A stretch of 64,000 bases of DNA from positions 46,491 through 110,490 of the forward strand of contig JAKSOL010000009.1 in the NCBI GenBank assembly GCA_024405635.1, written 5' to 3'. The notes under the pieces are model-generated. The model worked only from the letters and a program-made list of their open reading frames with translations. It ran no database searches and was not told the origin of the DNA. Numbering within the stretch: position 1 is the stretch's first letter; every line of letters begins with the position of its first letter. This document shows, piece by piece, positions 54,353 through 63,472 of this stretch. Origin of the DNA: Salinivirgaceae bacterium. GTDB taxonomy: Bacteria > Bacteroidota > Bacteroidia > Bacteroidales > SZUA-534. The translations under genes were made by a program, and so were the position numbers.

Positions 54353-56515
54353 ATGAGTCAGCAGAGTAAATTTCTATTGTTGCTTTCAAGCATTTTGCTT
54401 GCTACAACTTTGCGCGCACAAACAGCCGATAGCATCTTTATTTCTGGTATCACAACCACCGGTTCTGATACCATAATAAACACACTGATGCCTCAAACTG
54501 TTCACGACTCAATGGCTATTGCCGACACAATTATAGCCGATAGCATTCACGGGAAAAGCATTACCGAACTTTTTGCGCCCGACAGCGCATCTGCCGATAG
54601 CATAAACCTTCGCGACCTACACTTTGGGTTATATCGAAAAGTGTTTATTGAACCCGACTCTGGCACTGTTCATTATTGGACATACTCGCCCAACACCTAC
54701 GAACTGCCAATGCAAGTGTACGACTCCACTAACCTTAATTTTTTATCGGTTTATAATGCCGCCCATCGCGACGGAAAAATCAACCTATACTTAAGCCAAA
54801 TTGGAACCGCCATTAAGAGTCAAGAATTTTTTAGACCTAACGAAAAAACAAGGTTTCTTTTTGCGCAATCGTTCACCCCATACATGCACCAACCTAGTAC
54901 CGAGTTATTTTATAACGTAAAAAAACCATTCACTTGCTTTGAATATTATAGCGGTCCCAAAGAAGAACAAAGCATCAATCTTATTCATACTCAAAATGTT
55001 ACAAAAGCTCTTAACCTATTCTTTAAATACAATTCAACTGGAGGCGAAGGCGAATACGTAAACAATAAAACACGTGTATTTTCTGGTAGTCTTGGCGGAT
55101 CATACACACAAGGCCGATTTGCCACCCACGCTGGCTACTTTTTTAGCAAAATAAACAACATTGAAAATGGCGGTATTGCCGACGCTTACTATGTTGGCGA
55201 TACTCTTGTATCTGAAAAAGAGGTGCCAATGCGATTGTCGGGAGCTAAAACACTACTGAAAGACAAACAAATGTTTTTTGACCAAAAAATTGGTCTTGTG
55301 AAAGGGCGCGAATCGGACACAATCGACACTGGCGGCTATTGGTTTAGTTTACAATACACTTTTGAACGACAAAAAAGCGGCAAATTATATACAGACAAAT
55401 CAACAAGTTACATGCCTTATGGTGCTAAACGCTACACCGACTCGCTAAATGTTTACGACCATAATTACTCAAACGGCCGTTCTTCATTCGACACTTGTTC
55501 TTATTTCGATAGTTACAATCAATTTCGGCTGAATTTGGAAGAAATAAAAAATCCTTATGCTCCTTTTGGCTTATATGGTGCAATTGGTTTTGAAAAACAG
55601 CGCTACTACTATTTTAACATTGACACTTTATTCAACAACACACAGGCAAAAAAGCATAAAAACAAATACTTTGAAGGCGGGCTTCATCGTACTCGCGGCA
55701 TGCTACAATTTGCTGGCAGTGCTCGACTTTATATTTCAGGATACAAACAAGGCGACTTTAACATCAATGGTCACATAACACAGTTTTTTGGAAGAAAAGA
55801 AGATGCAGCATCTATCACAATTAATGGATTGATGGAAAAAGAGCGCGCCGACTATTTCTACACCAACTATCAATCAAATCACTTTAAGTGGGAACACAAC
55901 TTTTCAAAAGACCCTCTCACAACAAAAGTATCGGCAAAACTCAACATTCCTCGATTTAAAACTACTATTGAATCGAATATGGCATTGCTAAGTAATTACA
56001 TATACCTTAACACAAAGGCAATGCCTACTCAGGCTAAAAGCGAAATTGCAATGTTTGACATACACTTGCGTAACCATATCGACGCTGGTGGGTTTCATCT
56101 TATAAGCCGCATCAACTTACAATACTCAAGCGACACTACTGTTATTACAGTTCCAACCATTTCAGCATACGAATCGCTATTCTACGAGCGCGAAGTTTAT
56201 TTTAAAGAAACCAATGGAAAACTAAAGTTCCAACTTGGTGTTGACCTCAAATATTGGAGCAAATACTACGCTCCTATGTACAATCCAGCTTTAGCTCTAT
56301 ACCACAACCAAAACAATCTAAAAATTGGAAGCTATCCGTTCATAGGTGCATTTGTTCACGTACAGATTAAAGAAGTTCGGTTTTTTGTTCGTATGAACCA
56401 ACTCGACAGAATAATGTTTGAGAACAAAAGCAGAATGAAATACTACACCGCACCTTTGTATCCCGTTAACGGAGATGGCGTTTGCTTTGGTATTATTTGG
56501 CCATTCTACAACTAA
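54353..56515 (+). CDS. Putative outer-membrane porin (Porin_10-like beta-barrel)
   Basis: Signal peptide; HTQNV and ENGGI motifs; terminal GIIWPFYN aromatic strand. Confidence 0.75.
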   Translation: MSQQSKFLLLLSSILLATTLRAQTADSIFISGITTTGSDTIINTLMPQTVHDSMAIADTIIADSIHGKSITELFAPDSASADSINLRDLHFGLYRKVFIEPDSGTVHYWTYSPNTYELPMQVYDSTNLNFLSVYNAAHRDGKINLYLSQIGTAIKSQEFFRPNEKTRFLFAQSFTPYMHQPSTELFYNVKKPFTCFEYYSGPKEEQSINLIHTQNVTKALNLFFKYNSTGGEGEYVNNKTRVFSGSLGGSYTQGRFATHAGYFFSKINNIENGGIADAYYVGDTLVSEKEVPMRLSGAKTLLKDKQMFFDQKIGLVKGRESDTIDTGGYWFSLQYTFERQKSGKLYTDKSTSYMPYGAKRYTDSLNVYDHNYSNGRSSFDTCSYFDSYNQFRLNLEEIKNPYAPFGLYGAIGFEKQRYYYFNIDTLFNNTQAKKHKNKYFEGGLHRTRGMLQFAGSARLYISGYKQGDFNINGHITQFFGRKEDAASITINGLMEKERADYFYTNYQSNHFKWEHNFSKDPLTTKVSAKLNIPRFKTTIESNMALLSNYIYLNTKAMPTQAKSEIAMFDIHLRNHIDAGGFHLISRINLQYSSDTTVITVPTISAYESLFYEREVYFKETNGKLKFQLGVDLKYWSKYYAPMYNPALALYHNQNNLKIGSYPFIGAFVHVQIKEVRFFVRMNQLDRIMFENKSRMKYYTAPLYPVNGDGVCFGIIWPFYN

Positions 56516-56518
56516 TCG

Positions 56519-58819
56519 ATGAAACTGAATAAGATACTGAGCGCTGTTTGTTTGATAGCTACAATAACTAGCTGCAACGTTACACGCATGGTTCCCGATG
56601 ACGAGTATCTGCTAAAATCAAACCAACTTACTGTTGACCAAGGCAACTATAACAAACAAGAACTTACAGCCTACTATCGTCAAAAAGCTAACAAACGTGC
56701 TTTTGGAATACTAAAGGTAAAATTAGCTACCTACAATTTTGCACATCGTGGTCGCGAACGCAAATGGAAAAACTGGCTCGAACGTACAATTGGTGAAGAA
56801 CCTGTTATTTACGACTCTATGTTGGTGGTTAAAACAGCTAAACAATTTGACCTCTTACTTAAAAATCAAGCGTACTATAACGCAAAAATCAACTACGCAG
56901 TAATCAAAAACGACAAGAAAGCAAAGGTACTTTACGACATTAAACTGGGAGAAAAGGTTATTGTTGATAGTGTCAACTTTACTATTATCGATACCGTTTT
57001 AACTAGCATTATTCTTAACGATTCTGCTAACACAAAGCTTAAATATGGTGTTGATTTTTCACTTGAAAACCTACAAGCCGAACGCGACCGCATTGCTCAA
57101 TTAGTTCGCAACAATGGTTTCTATCAATTTAACGCCGATGTTATTCACTTTAGTGTTGACACCATGAATAACCGAGCAGACATTCAAGTTATTGTAGATA
57201 AATCGGTAAGATTAACTGAAGATGGCTCTGTAGTAAAAATCAATAGTCGAAAATTTAGCATCAACAACGTATTCTTTTACCCCGAATATGACCCTCAGGC
57301 TGCGCTTCGAAATAAAACACAGTACCACAGTTTGTTCGATACCACTTACTATGAACCCTATTACTTTCTCAATCAAGGCAAACAACACATTTCAGCTCGC
57401 ACTCTAACAAAAGTTAACTTAATTGAGCCGCAGCAACAATACAATGCATCGCTTGTAACACAAACTAGCAAATACATCAACTCGCTTCGCATTTTTAGGC
57501 TGAACAACATTGTTTTCAACTCAATAGCCGAAAACGATACTATACTTGACTGCCACATTCAACTAACCCCTCTTACTTTTCAAAGTTACTCGCTCAACCT
57601 TGAGGGAACCAACACCGAAGGAAACTTTGGCGTTGGAGGAAGTGCAAGCTACCAACACCGAAATCTTTTCCATGGTGCCGAACTATTTAGCCTTAAATTT
57701 TCAGGTTCTTGGCAACGCCAACCCAAAACCGAGACTAGCGACGCATACAATATTTTGGAATTTGGTGTTGAAAGTTCACTCGAAACACCTTCGTTTATCC
57801 TACCATTTAGAACAGAAAAACTATATCGAAAACTCGACCCTCGTACATCTTTAACCGTAGCTTACAACTTTCAACGCCGACCCGACTACACACGTAGCAT
57901 CACATCTCTACTTACTACATACTCGTGGCGTACCAGCGATAACCTTCGCTTTTTTGCTAGCCCAATAGACCTAAACGTGGTTAAGATTCCTTTCAGAACC
58001 GAAGCTTTCAACAAACGAATACAAGGCAAATTTATTGAGAACAGCTACAAAGACTATTTTATTATTGGAGGCCGATACTCTATTCTTCACCAAAAACACA
58101 ACGAAATAACCAACCAAGTAAAATCGTATTTACGTTTAAACATTGATCTTGTGGGAAATGCACTTCACACTCTTCACCAACAAACGCAAAATGCCGACAC
58201 TACTAATGATGGCCATTATAAGATTTTCGGTTTGCAATATGCCCAATTCTTCAAAACCGACATTGATATTCGACACTATTGGCAAGTTGATGGCAATAAT
58301 CAAGTTGTTATGCGTCTGTATGGCGGAGTTGCAATTCCTTATGGCAATGCAACCGCTGTTCCATTTGTACGCCAGTTCTACGCAGGTGGAGCCGAAAGCA
58401 TGCGCGCTTGGACAGTTCGTAGCCTTGGACCTGGAACCTACGCAGAGTCAAGCGATTCTACTAAATCATATCCTAGTCAAACTGCTGATATAAAACTTGA
58501 GGCTAACATTGAGTATCGTTTCAACATTACCGAATCGCTCAAAAGCGCTTTGTTTATTGATGCTGGCAACATCTGGACATACAAAGAAGACTCCGACCGA
58601 CCTGGTGCCGAATTCAAAGCCGATACTTTTTACAAGCAACTTGCCATTGGTACTGGTATTGGAGTTCGTCTCGATTTGAACTTTGCTGTTATCAGACTTG
58701 ATGGTGGTATAAAGGTGAAAGATCCTACTATTGTAGGAAACGATAGTTGGGTACTTTTTAACGAACCTTTTAAATTCCGAAGCATTACTTGGCAGTTCGG
58801 CATCGGTTATCCCTTCTAG
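56519..58819 (+). CDS. BamA/TamA (Omp85) family lipoprotein, TamL-like
   Basis: ITSC lipobox; GEEPVIYD POTRA region; HRNLFHGAE, FYAGGAESMRAW, FIDAGNIW and terminal GIGYPF. Confidence 0.9.
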   Translation: MKLNKILSAVCLIATITSCNVTRMVPDDEYLLKSNQLTVDQGNYNKQELTAYYRQKANKRAFGILKVKLATYNFAHRGRERKWKNWLERTIGEEPVIYDSMLVVKTAKQFDLLLKNQAYYNAKINYAVIKNDKKAKVLYDIKLGEKVIVDSVNFTIIDTVLTSIILNDSANTKLKYGVDFSLENLQAERDRIAQLVRNNGFYQFNADVIHFSVDTMNNRADIQVIVDKSVRLTEDGSVVKINSRKFSINNVFFYPEYDPQAALRNKTQYHSLFDTTYYEPYYFLNQGKQHISARTLTKVNLIEPQQQYNASLVTQTSKYINSLRIFRLNNIVFNSIAENDTILDCHIQLTPLTFQSYSLNLEGTNTEGNFGVGGSASYQHRNLFHGAELFSLKFSGSWQRQPKTETSDAYNILEFGVESSLETPSFILPFRTEKLYRKLDPRTSLTVAYNFQRRPDYTRSITSLLTTYSWRTSDNLRFFASPIDLNVVKIPFRTEAFNKRIQGKFIENSYKDYFIIGGRYSILHQKHNEITNQVKSYLRLNIDLVGNALHTLHQQTQNADTTNDGHYKIFGLQYAQFFKTDIDIRHYWQVDGNNQVVMRLYGGVAIPYGNATAVPFVRQFYAGGAESMRAWTVRSLGPGTYAESSDSTKSYPSQTADIKLEANIEYRFNITESLKSALFIDAGNIWTYKEDSDRPGAEFKADTFYKQLAIGTGIGVRLDLNFAVIRLDGGIKVKDPTIVGNDSWVLFNEPFKFRSITWQFGIGYPF

Positions 58820-59763
58820 TTCTCTATCGTAATATATGGCAATAAACGGCCAAATTCCTCTTCAGTAAAAAGCCTATACTTCAGCAAATCTTCAGGTTTA
58901 GAAAATTTGCCCAAGTCATCGCGAAAACTTACCATTCGCTTACCTTGCTTATTGCTAATATAGGGATGCTTAACCAGCTCCCACGATTTAAGCGTATTAA
59001 TGTTAATTTTCTTAACTAACGTCGTATCTATTATAAATCTATCCGCTATATATGCCAAAACCGTATCGGGCACACCTGCCTCTATCAATTGTCCCACAGC
59101 AACATACCCGCCTAATTTCTCTCGGTACTCAACTATTCGCATTGCCCTATATCGCCCAATTCCTTTCAGTTTTACTAATTCTGAAGTATCTGCACTATTT
59201 AGTTCATATTTCTCTTTTTTAGCAATCTGCTTATTTTCAGACTTATACTTTGACTTATTGTTATCGGCTGTTTTCTTTGCTTGATTATTCGAATTAGCAT
59301 GCTTCTTTTCAACTTTTTTCGCTTGCTTAGCATACTTCAAAGTATCTATTTGAATAAATGGCTCTAATTGAAAGTATAAATCTTCAGGAAAATCATACAC
59401 CTTTAACAAATCGCTAGGGCGACGAAACTTACCACCACTCACTCGATAGTTTACTAACCTGATAATCAGCTTGTCCTCAAAGCCAAGCATCATCATATCA
59501 TCGGCGGTCACCTCATTAGGGTCAAAGTAAAACAACGAATCTTTTCTTACAACTGTATCATCAATGGCTGCAAAAAACTCTTGATGCAACTTCGAGAAAT
59601 CAAGAGGGTTGATATTTCGAATGTAATACCTATGCATTTCTGGCAATAAGGCAACAATCACTATCAGAACGCAAAGCACTATTATCCCTCGGCGTTCACC
59701 ACGTGTAAATTCAAACAACTCTCTAAACGAACCCTTATCGTCTTGACGTCGTTTATTCGACAT
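58816..59763 (-). CDS. ComEA-like helix-hairpin-helix DNA-binding membrane protein
   Basis: ERRGII TM segment; FDPN; ELNSADTSELVKLKGIG..A.RIV.YR.KLGGY; ININ..HPYI. Confidence 0.88.
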   Translation of the reverse strand: MSNKRRQDDKGSFRELFEFTRGERRGIIVLCVLIVIVALLPEMHRYYIRNINPLDFSKLHQEFFAAIDDTVVRKDSLFYFDPNEVTADDMMMLGFEDKLIIRLVNYRVSGGKFRRPSDLLKVYDFPEDLYFQLEPFIQIDTLKYAKQAKKVEKKHANSNNQAKKTADNNKSKYKSENKQIAKKEKYELNSADTSELVKLKGIGRYRAMRIVEYREKLGGYVAVGQLIEAGVPDTVLAYIADRFIIDTTLVKKININTLKSWELVKHPYISNKQGKRMVSFRDDLGKFSKPEDLLKYRLFTEEEFGRLLPYITIEN

Positions 59764-59794
59764 TTGATACTATTTCAAAGGAAATAAGAGCTAA

Positions 59795-61090
59795 TTACCA
59801 AAGTTTTTCACCGAACTTAATATGTTCATTATCCTCTGTAACTCGTACAATTGTTTCAGCAGAATCAATGTTGAACATAAAATGGTCGATATAACGTTTT
59901 GCCCATAACCATTGCAAATCGGTAGGTTGACAATGCCCATGCTTACAGTCAAACACGTATCCAAACCTATCCTCTATGCCAAACGTTTTATACACTTCTA
60001 AAGCTGCTATTGTGGATGTATAACCTGAATAATCGCACAACCACTCCATGTCAGGATTACCTAATATTAGTACCGCGCGGGGCGCAATCATTGCTATTAG
60101 TTCATGGTGATCGTATGGCAATTTTGATTCATTACCCATAAAATTGGTCTTCAAACTTTGCTTAAACCATGAGTAATTGGTATTACTAATTTGCTCAACA
60201 TTTATCCCTTTCTTTTCTGTAAACAAACGCGACATTCGCCATGAATTAATGCCTCCTCCACCTGATTCCTGAACAATAGTAAGGGCAATGCGCTCATCTA
60301 ACGCCCCAGAAAACAACGCCATTTTACCTGCATACGAGCAACCTGTTACTCCAATTTTATTCAAATCGATACAAGGCAACTGCAATTTATATAATGCATC
60401 TATAACCCTACTCACGCCCCAACTCCATGCACTGTATTTACCAACAATACTCTCATTATTTTTTGGTGCAAATTCTGGATACATTTGATAATATGGTGCA
60501 GAATCGGATAGTGCACCGGTGTTACCAAAAAAGCCCCCTCCAACGGTATAAGGAATAACATCATTAGTGTTAAAAGTAACTGTAACACATTGACGAGTTG
60601 AATCTTCACCTTGCGAGAATGTTGGTCTAAAATTCATTCCAATCATTACTGGCAATTTGCATGCCGAGTCAATCGACACTCCTTTGGGACACGTAATACG
60701 CGCTCCCATTGTAAGCGATGGATATCCTTCGCGCTTTACACAAATCTTGATAGTTGGATTACCCATTAAATCCGAATCCATTTTTGCTGTCACATCATCA
60801 ACACCAACCGAAGGTTTGGGACCAATCTCAAATGTCTCAAGTTCTTTTTTTATCTCATTTCTTCGTCGTTCCCAATCAGCAAAACTTGTACTTCGACCCG
60901 AGCCATCTGACCAAGCAAAAACATCGGGCAAAGTATCGCATTCCGATAGAGATTCAACATTCGATATTATTGTAACTGGAATGTTTGCGCCACTATTCTC
61001 AACATTGTAAACAAACGGTTTCTCAATTTGGCTATTGCCACAACTATTTAATGCCATTGCCGCAACGGCATATAACAATGCTCTTTTCAT
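59795..61090 (-). CDS. Carbohydrate esterase family 15 (glucuronoyl-esterase-like) lipoprotein
   Basis: LNSC lipobox; AWSWGVSRVIDAL, VTGCSYAGK, QESGGGG and LPYDHHELIAMIAPR motifs. Confidence 0.85.
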   Translation of the reverse strand: MKRALLYAVAAMALNSCGNSQIEKPFVYNVENSGANIPVTIISNVESLSECDTLPDVFAWSDGSGRSTSFADWERRRNEIKKELETFEIGPKPSVGVDDVTAKMDSDLMGNPTIKICVKREGYPSLTMGARITCPKGVSIDSACKLPVMIGMNFRPTFSQGEDSTRQCVTVTFNTNDVIPYTVGGGFFGNTGALSDSAPYYQMYPEFAPKNNESIVGKYSAWSWGVSRVIDALYKLQLPCIDLNKIGVTGCSYAGKMALFSGALDERIALTIVQESGGGGINSWRMSRLFTEKKGINVEQISNTNYSWFKQSLKTNFMGNESKLPYDHHELIAMIAPRAVLILGNPDMEWLCDYSGYTSTIAALEVYKTFGIEDRFGYVFDCKHGHCQPTDLQWLWAKRYIDHFMFNIDSAETIVRVTEDNEHIKFGEKLW

Positions 61091-61287
61091 ATTTTAACTA
61101 AAGAATTTGCCAGTTAACTAGTGGCAAAGTAGGCAAAAAGTAGATTAAAAACACAAATCAAAAAGAAGTTTTTTGTGAAAAACAACTCAATAAACTTTTA
61201 TCAATGATAAACGGTTAGACAAGGGAATGATGTTTCGAGTAAAAGCGTGTAATGATAACTAAGCCTATCGAAGCTACATTCATAAAA

Positions 61288-61512
61288 CTATTCAACAAAT
61301 GTCAGGGGAAACCCAATAAATGACACTGGCTGGTCGAGCAACTTTATCATTCTGCACGTCACCTTAAAATCACTCACGTGTCTCACGAAAAGCCATGCAC
61401 TCCACTCATAGGCTCGGTAAAAGCCACCCTCGCGATAAACATACGCCATGCGCATTTGCTCCAATTCAGTTCGTTGTTGTTCTTTTTCAACTATTTCTTT
61501 TAGAGATGCCAT
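61288..61512 (-). pseudogene. Short, probably truncated MutS-domain-I-like (MSL) ORF of the kind found as a DGR accessory gene
   Basis: EGGFYRAYEWSAWL..IGFP resembles the MutS domain I pattern G.FYE.Y..DA..GFP. The ORF stops 5 codons after GFP and lies directly after the DGR-like target. Confidence 0.6.
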
Positions 61513-61543
61513 AACATTCTTTAGTTAGTTCCATTTTTTTGAA

Positions 61544-61622
61544 AGATTTGTGTCCACACCTCTGCCTCGTTCCTTGGTAGCCACTCCGTGGCGGAACGCT
61601 TCAGAGGTGCGCACACAAATCT
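61544..61622. repeat. Long imperfect inverted repeat (cruciform) with a nested GGA-triloop hairpin
   Basis: agatttgtgtccacacctctg (61544-61564) pairs with cagaggtgcgcacacaaatct (61602-61622) at 19 of 21 positions. Inside are cgttcc/ggaacg and GCCAC-GGA-GTGGC (minus strand, 61580-61592). Confidence 0.85.
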
Positions 61623-61654
61623 ACATTGTGGGTTGTTTGGATTGGGTGACATGG

Positions 61655-62797
61655 TTATTCCTGTGCCCCAGCACAAACGGCACGCACCGAGAACCCATCG
61701 CTGCGGTTGTAGCTGCCGTCCCACACATTGTCCGAGCTGAAGTCCATGCCGTACGCGCTGCGGGAGTTGTTCGCGCCGAGCGAACGCGACCAGTAGTAGC
61801 CGTCGTTGCCTAAAAGACGCGTGCCACATCGGAACCCATCGGCAGGAAGGAAAATATGTGCATCGGTTGCAACATTGTAGTTAGATGAAGGTGTATTGCC
61901 AGAAGTTATTTTCACACCCTTGTCACTTTCACTCTTGGCCTTATATACTATATATCCGTTTACGCTCTTGCCGTTGTATGTATTGGTCCATACCCAATAG
62001 CATTCGTTGCGTAGCTCGTCCTGTTGTGCTTTGGTTGGCATTTTCCAACTACCACCCCATAGCTGAACGGCTACATCGTCAGCATCGTCCAGTTCGGTTT
62101 TGTTGTCTCCTATAAAGTTCCCGTCGGAGTCATACCACACTCCTTCGGTTTGGCCATCGGCAAATGTATATTTGGTGCAACCTTGCCAAGAATCCTTGCT
62201 GAGGTCCATATACTTGTATGTGCTCCAATCGTAGTTGCTTTTTGTTTCTGTCTCGCCCCATGCGTAGTAATTACCATAATCTTCGGGATTGGTGGCGCCT
62301 ATGTTGCAGGTTGCCCATAGTGTGCCACTAGTAAGTCCAAGGTCAACGTAGGCGTGGCCGTTCTCACTATTCTTATATATAATAAACTCTTCTTTTAAGC
62401 CCTTGCTTTCTAAAAAACTGTCATATTTAGCTTTTTCTGCTTTTAGGGCAGTTGTATCAGCTACAAGATTGGCTTTTTCACTTGCCAATGTTGCCTTTTC
62501 TTGTGTAATTGTTGCGTTGGCATTGGTCAAGGTTGTCTTCTCGTTAGTAAGTGTACTAACTTGGCTTTCAAGATTGGTCTTTTCTGTTGCCAATGCAGCT
62601 TTTTCTTGTGTAATTGTTGCGTTTTCTTTCTGCAAGTCACCCACTGAGATTGCTTGGTCAGCATCGGTAACATCAAAGGTTATCTGCTCTATGGTAGTTA
62701 CATAGCTGTCGTTTCCGTTATGTACGCGTACCTTTTCTTGCGCCATGGTGGTAAGAGTTAGCAATGCCACGGCTACGGTTAGGATTTGTTTTTTCAT
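61655..62797 (-). CDS. Secreted coiled-coil protein with a C-terminal Fib_succ_major/DUF1566-like (C-type lectin fold) domain; probable DGR target
   Basis: Signal peptide; heptad repeats; GHAYVDLGL.SGTLWATCNIGA..YG.YYAWGE..W.MPT....EL..FLPA.G..GYYWSRS..R..GFSVRAV. Confidence 0.85.
   Translation of the reverse strand: MKKQILTVAVALLTLTTMAQEKVRVHNGNDSYVTTIEQITFDVTDADQAISVGDLQKENATITQEKAALATEKTNLESQVSTLTNEKTTLTNANATITQEKATLASEKANLVADTTALKAEKAKYDSFLESKGLKEEFIIYKNSENGHAYVDLGLTSGTLWATCNIGATNPEDYGNYYAWGETETKSNYDWSTYKYMDLSKDSWQGCTKYTFADGQTEGVWYDSDGNFIGDNKTELDDADDVAVQLWGGSWKMPTKAQQDELRNECYWVWTNTYNGKSVNGYIVYKAKSESDKGVKITSGNTPSSNYNVATDAHIFLPADGFRCGTRLLGNDGYYWSRSLGANNSRSAYGMDFSSDNVWDGSYNRSDGFSVRAVCAGAQE
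61670..61845 (-). other. Putative DGR variable repeat (VR) and IMH-like end
   Basis: The 3' end of the gene becomes abruptly GC-rich. Of the 38 codons in 61697-61810, 26 end in C and none ends in A. The VR boundaries are approximate. Confidence 0.7.
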
Positions 62798-62813
62798 TGT
62801 TATTTATTTTAAG

Positions 62814-62908
62814 TGTTTAATCTTTAATTGTTTAATCGTTCAATTGTTGAATTGTTTAATCGTTTCAACAGTTCATCGTTTAATCGTTTCAACAGTTCTT
62901 CGTTTCAA
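62814..62908. repeat. Degenerate 8-nt tandem repeat array (about 12 units)
   Basis: Units tgtttaat / cgtttaat / cgttcaat / cgtttcaa / cagttcat fill the intergenic region. Confidence 0.8.
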
Positions 62909-62911
62909 CAA

Positions 62912-63409
62912 TTATTTCTTTACTACTTTAATCACGTTTACACCTGTTTGTAATAGGTAATTGCCAGCTGGCAATTGACTCATGTCAATGGTGGTCTCGA
63001 TAGTGGTTAAAACCATTTGTCCGTTTGCACCAAACAGGCGTATGGTTTGTCCTTCGGCTATGCCGTCAACCTTAATGCTGTTTGCGGTTGGGTTTGGGTA
63101 AATGGTAATGTTTACTTGGCTCTCAGCTATGCCGTTGGGTTGTGTTGGTGTTGTGCTACTTTCATCAACCGCGCCAAACTTTATTTGTTTAAGGTCGGTC
63201 AATGCACCAAGTTCTTGTGTGGTGTTATCGGCAAAAACCAAGATGCTTTTGCCGTTGGCAAACTTCAGGCTGCCAATGCTATTTATGGCTTGTACGTAGT
63301 TGGGCGTGTTGGTGGCAATATATTCCACTGTTATACCCGGTACGTTGTCGGCCATGGCTCCTGTGCTTGCTGCAAGCAGAAGGAGCAAAGAGTAAAATTT
63401 CCTCCTCAT
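62912..63409 (-). CDS. Small T9SS type A sorting-domain protein
   Basis: Signal peptide; C-terminal IYPNPT..IKV.G..IRLF.ANGQ.V..IDMSQLPAGNYLL....KVVKK. Confidence 0.88.
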   Translation of the reverse strand: MRRKFYSLLLLLAASTGAMADNVPGITVEYIATNTPNYVQAINSIGSLKFANGKSILVFADNTTQELGALTDLKQIKFGAVDESSTTPTQPNGIAESQVNITIYPNPTANSIKVDGIAEGQTIRLFGANGQMVLTTIETTIDMSQLPAGNYLLQTGVNVIKVVKK

Positions 63410-63472
63410 AGGCGTTTTTTAAAGATTAATTTTTAATTATTAATTTATTTCTCAAATTGTTTTTCCATGCAC

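Noticed and set aside
61090-61290. DGR template repeat or RT downstream of the MSL fragment
   Set aside because: There is no AAC-rich copy of the VR here, and no RT-like ORF anywhere in the window's ORF track.
61521-61829. Overlapping 102-aa (-) and 87-aa (+) ORFs across the VR
   Set aside because: Explained by the GC-rich, stop-poor VR sequence; no recognisable protein features.
62814-62908. CRISPR array
   Set aside because: The units are 8 nt with no unique spacers, and no cas genes are present.
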